A DNA stretch of 24,805 nt from a bacterium (GTDB taxonomy: Bacteria; SZUA-182; DTGQ01; JAFGSM01). The stretch covers positions 1 to 24,805 of the forward strand of contig JBLIRP010000062.1 in assembly GCA_049472355.1 (NCBI GenBank), read 5' to 3'. Below, piece after piece: positions 17,829 through 24,805 of this stretch. Positions within the stretch are counted from its first letter, which is position 1; each line of letters begins with the position of its first letter. The notes beneath the pieces were generated by a model. The model did no database searches, was not told the origin of the DNA, and worked only from the letters and a program-made list of their open reading frames with translations. The translations under genes were made by a program, and so were the position numbers.

Positions 17829-19013
17829 ATGAGCAAGAAAATATTTTTGAAAGTTTCGATCATCAGTATCACCCTGTTATTAACGCTCGGCTTGTTGATT
17901 TCCTCAAATGCAATGGCCCAGCAATGGGGTTGGGGCACTCAGAGCTTTGGCGGATGGGGCGGTCCCCAGGGGTATAGCGGATGGGGCGGTCCCCAGGGGT
18001 ATGGCGGCCGGGGCTTTGGTAACTCCGGATACGGCTATGGCGGAGGATTTTTCGGGTTCGGGTCCACTGCTTCTTCAACCGAGAAGAGATGGGCAGGCTG
18101 GAACGACGATGGATGGGAAGAGTTTATCGAGGAATTGGAAGAAAAATATCCCGATCTGGAAGGAATCGATTGGGATGATTATGAAAACTGGGATGAAGAT
18201 GATTGGGAGGCGCTCAGGGAGGCATTGGATGAAGTGAGAGTCTCTGAAAGCCTGGATAAATTTATTGAGGATGTGACCGGGAAATGGGCTGAATATGATG
18301 CCGACGAGTGGGAAACATTCAACGAGAACTGGAATAATTTCATACTTGCGGCTGGAGAGGATGATGATCTGGATACCGAGGTTACATGGACCGGTTTTGT
18401 AGCACTCTACGGGTGCTTTACTGCGCCTGGTGATGATCCCGACAATATAGCCTGCTGGATGGAGGCTTACGACGACACCGACCCTGACGAAATAGTCCCT
18501 CTATGGACTGATGCGCAGTGGACAGATTTTCGAGGCATATACAAAGATTATCTCGAATACGAATGGAGTGCCTTTAATGAGGCACTTCGGGAAAGACTGG
18601 AAGAATACTATGATGTGAACTGGGAAGATTGGCGGAACTGGACTGACGGGGAGTGGGAGGACTATTTAGACAAATATAGTGATTTTACCTCTGTGCGCTC
18701 TTCTCGCAGCACCGGTTTTGGTAGTCCCTTTGGATACGGCATCAGCAGTTGTTGTGGTTACGGCTATGGCCAGGGCGGATTCCCCGGTGGTTATGGCGGC
18801 GGATATGGCGGGTACGGCTATGGCCAAGGCGGATTCCCCGGCGGTTATGGCTTTGGCGGATACGGATATGGCCAGGGCGGATTCCCCGGTGGTTATGGCG
18901 GCGGATATGGCGGGTACGGCTATGGCCAGGGCGGATTCCCCGGCGGTTATGGCTTTGGCGGTTCCAACGGATATTGGGGCTATGGCGGGCCATGGGGAGG
19001 TTATGGCTGGTAG
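17829..19013 (+). CDS. Secreted protein: Gly/Trp/Tyr-rich N-terminus, Trp/Asp/Glu-rich core, Gly/Tyr/Phe repeat tail
   Basis: RBS CAGGAG; signal peptide ends AMA|QQW; recurrent [WY][TDN]xxxWxx[FLY] motif; tail of YGYGQGGFPGGYG x4. Confidence 0.85.
   Translation: MSKKIFLKVSIISITLLLTLGLLISSNAMAQQWGWGTQSFGGWGGPQGYSGWGGPQGYGGRGFGNSGYGYGGGFFGFGSTASSTEKRWAGWNDDGWEEFIEELEEKYPDLEGIDWDDYENWDEDDWEALREALDEVRVSESLDKFIEDVTGKWAEYDADEWETFNENWNNFILAAGEDDDLDTEVTWTGFVALYGCFTAPGDDPDNIACWMEAYDDTDPDEIVPLWTDAQWTDFRGIYKDYLEYEWSAFNEALRERLEEYYDVNWEDWRNWTDGEWEDYLDKYSDFTSVRSSRSTGFGSPFGYGISSCCGYGYGQGGFPGGYGGGYGGYGYGQGGFPGGYGFGGYGYGQGGFPGGYGGGYGGYGYGQGGFPGGYGFGGSNGYWGYGGPWGGYGW
18759..18962 (+). repeat. Coding repeat with ABAB layout and 102-nt period
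   Basis: GGCCA[GA]GGCGGATTCCCCGG[TC]GGTTATGGC occurs four times, in alternating 18-aa and 16-aa units. Confidence 0.92.
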
Positions 19014-19060
19014 CCGTCTCCTCTTGATTTCAAATTGACTGACACCTTCCGATAAACAGG

Positions 19061-19138
19061 GAAGACGTTTTTGCAGGCAGGTGTGCCTATATGGGTAAGT
19101 TCCACCCCTCAAGCACACCTGCCTTAAAACGTCACTTC
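19061..19138. terminator. Long interrupted inverted repeat between convergent genes
   Basis: AGGCAGGTGTGC (19075-19086) pairs with GCACACCTGCCT (19113-19124); outer GACGTTTT pairs with AAAACGTC. Confidence 0.55.
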
Positions 19139-19285
19139 AACGTCTCGATGCCCTTCCAAAAAATTCCCCATACCGACCCCCGCTCTCCTGTAAAAAAACG
19201 CCATGAACAATATAATCTTACATCGGGATTTTTCTTGAATCATAGAATCCTTTGAAAATACATAGGGCGGCTTATGGACAAAGAC

Positions 19286-20860
19286 TCAAGGGTTTTTAAT
19301 GACATCGTAACTCCCGACCTTGCTTGCGAAGGATGGAATAGGGTTTGACCAGGCGGATTTTCCGTCCGTGTCACGGGTGACCCTCACACGGATATACCGC
19401 TCCGATCCCTTTACTGTATACGATGCAGCGGTCGTCTCGGATGTGCTCTGAAGCAGGGCGCCATTGTTGCCAATAAAATCGATGGTGCTGCTTTCCCCTG
19501 TTTTTGCCTTAATTTTAGACGAAGAGGTCGATAGAGTGAGATCGGGTCCTGATGATGAATAGAAGTTGCCGCTGCGGATTCCCCCTATGAGGTCCGCTGC
19601 GGAATCGGAATTCGCATGCACCACGATCCACCCCTGATTGAACCCACTTCCTTCTATGGTGTGGCAGTCATCCGTGGCAACGCCCCAGACGAATACGCCG
19701 CGGGAAAGCGCCGAGTCCCAATGAAGCTCCGCATTGTGCTCCCGCTCCTGCTGCGATCCATTGAAGATCTCGATGGCGTCGTATCCATAGAGCCTCTCGA
19801 TCTCCTGGATCGTCCAGTCGTTCTCGTAGTCGTCCGAACCCCAGGGATGATTGAGGATGGAGATACCCCCGTCCCCACGGATGACATTGAGTATGGTCTG
19901 GGCGTCCACTGCCGGTGTCTGCATTGAACATGCAAGCCGCCCGATGTGCCCGGTCAAGGCCGTTTCCTCGCACCCCTGGATAAAGCTGATGCCCGGCACG
20001 GAAGGGGATGATGTGACGGTATCGTGATCGGTCACCACAATGAAGTCATAGCCCGCATTTTTATATGCGGTCACGAGATCCTCGGGTGAATCCGCCCCAT
20101 CCGAGTTTGTCGTATGGCAGTGGATCTGTCCTTTATACGAGCCGTTCCTGGCTTGATAGGGGCTGGTCAGGGAGACGTAGGTAGTGATGTTGTAGGGATT
20201 TGTCGGGGAAAAGGTATTGAACGCGGGAAACAAGGCATAGGTGTTTGCAGGAAATGTAGTGTACGCAAAACGGGATGATCCCGGATATGCGTTGGTTGTA
20301 GTGAAGGGATTCATGTACGAGAGGGACCCGATACCCTGGGAGTAGTAATTGGGAAGGGAGAAATTCATAAATGGTGCTGCCGAGCCTGGTATTGTGTTTG
20401 AAGATGTGCGCCACAGCATGGATGCCGGTATGGATGATTGACTCCCCTGGAATGGAGAACCGTACTGTGAAGGATTCACACCATACGATGATTGAACCAA
20501 GGGCGAAAAGGGGAAGGAAGGCAGAGAGGATACATAGGGGGAAAAACCCCAGGGGGAATAAACAGGCGCCGGTGAGGGATACTGAGACATGGGCCATGGC
20601 TGGAGGATTGCGTTATTGTTCCGCCCAGGGTATCCCGATAGGTAGCCTTGTCCCATCAACGGATATCCGTATCGAGCAGGATAATAGGATGGCGGGAAAA
20701 ACGACGGATACCCCTGGGCATGAGTGTATGATGTATTGACAATGGAGAGGATGAAGACAGAACTGAGCAGTATCAATAAGGGAAGTATGCTTCTCCTTCG
20801 AACATCTTCCTTGGGTATCTTCCTGTACCCTTGTGCGCCGAAGGCGCCCGGACGTTTCAT
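19286..20860 (-). CDS. Secreted PHP-domain (CehA/McbA-like) metallohydrolase with a long Ser/Pro/Tyr/Gly-rich N-terminal region
   Basis: YKGQIHCHT, SDG, VTDHD, GCEET, NHP, IEIFNG, ATDDCH, GNFYSSSGP, AWSNPI motifs; signal peptide ends THA|QGY. Start revised to ATG 20860 (uncertain). Confidence 0.88.
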   Translation of the reverse strand: MKRPGAFGAQGYRKIPKEDVRRRSILPLLILLSSVFILSIVNTSYTHAQGYPSFFPPSYYPARYGYPLMGQGYLSGYPGRNNNAILQPWPMSQYPSPAPVYSPWGFSPYVSSLPSFPFSPLVQSSYGVNPSQYGSPFQGSQSSIPASMLWRTSSNTIPGSAAPFMNFSLPNYYSQGIGSLSYMNPFTTTNAYPGSSRFAYTTFPANTYALFPAFNTFSPTNPYNITTYVSLTSPYQARNGSYKGQIHCHTTNSDGADSPEDLVTAYKNAGYDFIVVTDHDTVTSSPSVPGISFIQGCEETALTGHIGRLACSMQTPAVDAQTILNVIRGDGGISILNHPWGSDDYENDWTIQEIERLYGYDAIEIFNGSQQEREHNAELHWDSALSRGVFVWGVATDDCHTIEGSGFNQGWIVVHANSDSAADLIGGIRSGNFYSSSGPDLTLSTSSSKIKAKTGESSTIDFIGNNGALLQSTSETTAASYTVKGSERYIRVRVTRDTDGKSAWSNPIPSFASKVGSYDVIKNP

Positions 20861-20909
20861 CTCGCTGTACCCTTTTCGAAAGCCCCCCGGATTAAGACAT
20901 GCTAAATTC

Positions 20910-23732
20910 TCATTCCTCCTCCAGCTCCAGGGCCGCCGACAGCTCCTGAATCGCCTCATCCAATCGTTCCTGGTATCGCCCGTATTCGGCCCAGGCCCCC
21001 TTCTGAATGCACCCCTGGGCCGCCTCGTAATACCGGGTCACCTTCCGCGCGATATCGGCGACGGATTCCTCGTCCGTACCGGAGTGGTCCGCCTCCGTAT
21101 CCAACGAGGAGGAAAGCCCGTTATCCTGTATGTCGAAGATCTTCTCCATTGCGCTTGAAAGCGTCTTCCCCATCTCGACCTTTTCCCCGTAGGCGACAAT
21201 CACCCGTTTCAACTCGGGCAGATTGCTTTTATCCGCAGCCATGAGATAGACAGGCTCAACATACAGGATCGAATCCTCGATGGGGATGACCAAAAGATCG
21301 CCCCTCACCACATCGGACCCGAACTGGCCCCACAAGGTCATCTCGCGTGCGATCTTGGTCTGCTGGTCGATGCGTGCATCCACCTGCCGGGGGCCATAGA
21401 TCAGTTTTTCCTTGGGGCATTGGTACACCAGCAGCTTGCCGTAATCGGGGCCGTCGCACTGCGCACACATCCATGCGATCATATTGCTCTTGTTGTCAGG
21501 GGTGAAGGGCACCATCAGGAGAAACTCCTCCTGCGCGCTTTCAGGAAGACGCATGGTCAGGTAATACCCCTTCATGGGGAATCGGGTGTTCCCGGAAAGG
21601 TTCTTTTGCAGGGGCAGGTCCCACAGGTCCTCCTTGTTGTAGTAGACCTGGGCGTCCTTCATGTGATAGGCCTGGTACATCCTGGCCTGGATCTCGAAAA
21701 GGTCCCGGGGATAGCGGATATGGGCACGCAGGTCCTCGGGCATCGCGTCGAAGGACTTGAAGAGCCCGGGGAATATCCTCCGGTAGGTCCGGACGACCGG
21801 ATCTTCCTCATCCACGATATAGAAGGTGGTTTCACCGGTGTACGCATCGATGACCACCTTCACCGAATTACGGATATAGTTGATTATCTTTTTCCGAGGC
21901 TGCCGGCCTGTAAAGATTCCCTGGGCAGCCTGGCCGGATGAGCCGATATCAGCGGCCATGTCGTATCGCTCGGAATAGGGGTATTTATCGGTGGTGGTGT
22001 AGGCATCCTGTATCCAGACGATGCCGCCTGTCTTTGATATGACGGGATACGGGTCCCGGTCATAGGTCAAAAAGGGTGCCAGTGCCCTGACACGGTCCCT
22101 GACCCTGCGATGGAACATGATGCGGCTTTGGGGGGTGGTGTAGCCGGTAAACAGGATCTTCGGCTCAAAAAATTTTATGGAAAAGACCAGCCGCCTGAAC
22201 AGGGAGCCGATGGGCACGCCCCCGCTCCCCTCATACCGTGTGTAAATATTGATATCCCCCTTGGGATAGTCGAACTCCTTGGATTTGCTGTTCACGATGA
22301 CGACGTCGCTGACCCTTTCCCCATAATAGATCTCCGGCCGGGTAATGGCGAGCATGGTCTCGGTCACCGGCGGTATGTCCTTGATGATGAAATTGGGCAA
22401 TCCGTTCTCGGTCATGCTGTTGACCGGGCTCATGCACAGGCCGTAGCCGTGCGTGTATTTGCAGTACCGGTTTTCGAAGGTCCTGGCCTCCAGGGGCAGA
22501 TTCCCCTGATCGAGCTCCCTCACGGAGAGCATCACCTGAGTTTTTTCATTGCTGATGGTGTAGCGATCTTCGTCCACCTCCACAAATTTGTAGTACAACC
22601 GTATCTCCTGCAATTCCTTGTAGGTTTGTCGCAACGGGGTCTTGTCCCATATCTTTACATTCTTGATTGTCGGGGCATTATTGAGGATGTCCTCGAAGGT
22701 CAGGTTCGTGGATGCCGTGAAATCCCTCTCCTCGATCCGGTCCAGATCGTATCCGAGCCGGGTATACCGGATATTGTGTTGAAGATATGGCCTCTCCCGT
22801 GTCAATTCACTGGGTTCGACGATGAACTTCTGGACCGCCCAGGGCGTCAGCTCGCTCACCAGGATGGAAAGGGCGACCAGCGCACCCAAACCGATGAGTG
22901 GCCATTTCCAGCCCCTGGCCGGCGAGTTGATCCAGAATATAACGGCACATACAAGGGCGATGCAGATGATGATCCAGTAGGCGATCAACTGCGCCTTCAT
23001 ATCGGTGTATCCGGCGCCGAAGGTCACCCCCCGGTCCGAATACACGAGCGCCAGCGATTGCAGCCTTCTGTCCCAGGCAATGAGCAATAAGATGAAACCG
23101 GCCAGCACCGACAGATGTACCTTCGCCCTGCGGGTGAACAGAAAGGCGCCCCTCCTCAGGTTCAGGGCCTTGTCCTTCAGATAGACAACCCCTACCATCA
23201 ACGTGATGATAAGGACGGCAATCAGGAGCCATTGCTGCACAAAGAGGTGCACGGGATATGCGAATACGAAAAAACCGACATCCTTGCTGAAAATGGGATC
23301 AAGGAGCGCAAAGGGGGTCCGGCGCCAGAAGCGCAGGAATGCATCCCATTTTCGTATGGCCGGCCATGCACCCATGGCAATGCCGAGGAGAACACAGGCC
23401 AGGGTCAGATACCGATTCACCCTTTCCGGTTCTATGGGAACGGACTTTATGGTGTTGAGGTCCTCCGTTCGATAGGAGAGATTCCAGTGCTCCTTGGGTG
23501 GCCCCAGCTTTCTGGCCAGATAGATATTGAGGCCGGCAATCAGGATGAAAAGGGTCCCGAAAAGCACCCATAACAACCCCTTGGCCAGAAAAACGGTCCA
23601 GAACACCGGGGTGTAATTCAGGCTTCTGAACCACAATAATTCACCGTAAAAATCGGACAGCGTAATGATGCTGATAACCGCTATAAACCAGATGACGACG
23701 TTGTTGATGATGAACCTTACCGCTAGCTTCAT
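20910..23732 (-). CDS. UPF0182 family membrane protein
   Basis: LWFRSLNY, DPIFSKDVGFFVF, GAGYTD, QEIRLYY, YTHGYG, RPEIYYGE, APFLTYDRDPYPV, NYIRNSVKVVIDAY, HIRYP, YVEPVY, PELKRVIV motifs. Confidence 0.95.
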   Translation of the reverse strand: MKLAVRFIINNVVIWFIAVISIITLSDFYGELLWFRSLNYTPVFWTVFLAKGLLWVLFGTLFILIAGLNIYLARKLGPPKEHWNLSYRTEDLNTIKSVPIEPERVNRYLTLACVLLGIAMGAWPAIRKWDAFLRFWRRTPFALLDPIFSKDVGFFVFAYPVHLFVQQWLLIAVLIITLMVGVVYLKDKALNLRRGAFLFTRRAKVHLSVLAGFILLLIAWDRRLQSLALVYSDRGVTFGAGYTDMKAQLIAYWIIICIALVCAVIFWINSPARGWKWPLIGLGALVALSILVSELTPWAVQKFIVEPSELTRERPYLQHNIRYTRLGYDLDRIEERDFTASTNLTFEDILNNAPTIKNVKIWDKTPLRQTYKELQEIRLYYKFVEVDEDRYTISNEKTQVMLSVRELDQGNLPLEARTFENRYCKYTHGYGLCMSPVNSMTENGLPNFIIKDIPPVTETMLAITRPEIYYGERVSDVVIVNSKSKEFDYPKGDINIYTRYEGSGGVPIGSLFRRLVFSIKFFEPKILFTGYTTPQSRIMFHRRVRDRVRALAPFLTYDRDPYPVISKTGGIVWIQDAYTTTDKYPYSERYDMAADIGSSGQAAQGIFTGRQPRKKIINYIRNSVKVVIDAYTGETTFYIVDEEDPVVRTYRRIFPGLFKSFDAMPEDLRAHIRYPRDLFEIQARMYQAYHMKDAQVYYNKEDLWDLPLQKNLSGNTRFPMKGYYLTMRLPESAQEEFLLMVPFTPDNKSNMIAWMCAQCDGPDYGKLLVYQCPKEKLIYGPRQVDARIDQQTKIAREMTLWGQFGSDVVRGDLLVIPIEDSILYVEPVYLMAADKSNLPELKRVIVAYGEKVEMGKTLSSAMEKIFDIQDNGLSSSLDTEADHSGTDEESVADIARKVTRYYEAAQGCIQKGAWAEYGRYQERLDEAIQELSAALELEEE

Positions 23733-23887
23733 TCCCTCTCCCCGAGTATCAGAAAACCATTCACGGCCTCGTCTGTTGACCTGCTATATGCCCTGGATTA
23801 TCCCGTGATTCCCTTTCGGCTACATCCGGTCACCGACAGGCGTTTTCTGGATGAATACGATGGTGTCATCGTAAGATGGTGATGAAA

Positions 23888-23920
23888 GGCATGCATGGCT
23901 CACCGGCAGCCATGCATGCC
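23888..23920 (-). terminator. Hairpin after the right-edge gene
   Basis: 13-bp perfect stem GGCATGCATGGCT-caccggc-AGCCATGCATGCC, followed on the minus strand by TTTC. Confidence 0.6.
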
Positions 23921-24017
23921 CGTCTATTTCAACGGCCACAGCAATGATCCATTACTTCTCAAATACCGAACCATCACGTGCGGATCATCCTGTGGCCGGC
24001 ACATAGCGTTACAGCAG

Positions 24018-24805
24018 TTAGAACCAGCCCTGTGATGGAAATCCAAAGCCGAATCCTGTTTGCGGCCCAAAACCGAACCCGCCCTGGGGTCCGAAGCCGA
24101 ACCCGGCCTGCGGGGCAAAACCGTATCCGGATTGGGATGGATATCCGAATCCGCCCTGGGCCCCTAATCCATAGGCGCCCTGTGGCATGATCCCAAATCC
24201 GCCTTGCGGTATCAAACCGAACCCGCCCTGCATTGCGTATCCGTATCCGGATTGGGATGGATATCCGAATCCGCCCTGGGCCCCGAATCCGTAAGAGCCC
24301 ACCGGTGCATACCCGTACCCTGCCTGCGACGAGTATCCATAGGGACCCTGTGACGCGTATCCGAGATTGACTTGGGGCATGTATCCGTATCCGGATTGCA
24401 TCCCGTATCCATATCCGCCCAGGGACCCGTAGCCGACTCCCGTTTGCGGCATGTATCCGTATCCGGACATCGGCATCATGGAAGCATATCCGGATTGCTG
24501 GGCACTCATGCCGTAATTGCTGCCTGTGATCTGAAATGCCTCGGACTTGGTAAAGGTAATGGTGTCTTCATCCATCGTCATCCCCATTGCCCCCATATCA
24601 CCGAATCCCCCCGGGAACATTCCCCCCGGAAACATGCCCCCCGGAGGCATTCCCCCAGGAAACATTCCCCCCTGCGGGGGTTGAAATCCTCCACCCCAAC
24701 CACCGAACCCACCTGCAGGAGGCTGGAAATCCTCCGGATCAAAATCCTCCCAATCGAAGCCACCCCAGCCTCCGAACCCTCCGCCTGAGAACCTGGAGTT
24801 CTCGA
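24018..24805 (-). CDS. C-terminal part of a Gly/Phe/Tyr/Met/Gln-rich protein; 5' end lies outside the window
   Basis: The frame stays open from 24665 to the edge (ENSRFSGGGFGGWGGFDWEDFDPEDFQPPAGGFGGWGGGFQPPQGGM...). Repeats include MFPGG, GYGYMPQ and GAQGGFGYPSQSGYG (x2, 120 nt apart); ends QGWF. Confidence 0.85.
   Translation of the reverse strand, partial: ENSRFSGGGFGGWGGFDWEDFDPEDFQPPAGGFGGWGGGFQPPQGGMFPGGMPPGGMFPGGMFPGGFGDMGAMGMTMDEDTITFTKSEAFQITGSNYGMSAQQSGYASMMPMSGYGYMPQTGVGYGSLGGYGYGMQSGYGYMPQVNLGYASQGPYGYSSQAGYGYAPVGSYGFGAQGGFGYPSQSGYGYAMQGGFGLIPQGGFGIMPQGAYGLGAQGGFGYPSQSGYGFAPQAGFGFGPQGGFGFGPQTGFGFGFPSQGWF

Noticed and set aside
18666..19118. Repetitive alternative-frame ORFs (WLWPGRIPR, AMARADSP)
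   Set aside because: By-products of the GYGQGGFP repeat in the real gene.
21420..23573. Plus-strand ORFs of 173, 326 and 152 aa
   Set aside because: Antisense shadows of the UPF0182 gene.

Overview
Bacterial chromosomal window dominated by cell-envelope and secreted-protein genes. No rRNA, tRNA, CRISPR array or transposase was recognised. Left to right: (1) a minus-strand envelope-stress locus with a Spy/CpxP-like LTxxQ protein, an ECF sigma factor and a zinc-binding anti-sigma cut by the window edge; the same ECF-type promoter motif lies upstream of both the Spy-like and sigma genes. (2) Two secreted Gly/Tyr-rich low-complexity proteins, one ending in a degenerate chagasin/I42-like domain. 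(3) A three-gene operon with two BON-like paralogues, and a divergent frameshifted receiver-domain pseudogene. (4) A plus-strand phosphate/polyphosphate-related cluster: OprO/P porin, VTC-domain protein, DUF4956, SdiA-regulated-like propeller and a 3x lamin-tail-domain secreted protein, with no CotH kinase in the cluster. (5) perR-katA with palindromic operators. (6) Three more Gly/Tyr/Pro-rich proteins (one with a Trp/acidic core, one fused to a PHP hydrolase, one cut by the right edge) near a UPF0182 gene. The most striking patterns are the five proteins carrying Gly/Tyr-rich prion-like modules attached to unrelated partner domains (the four with visible N-termini all have signal peptides ending A|Q), and five sigma54-like promoters, four of which read TTGA instead of TTGC at -12. 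All family calls come from motif recognition by eye; no database search was run.
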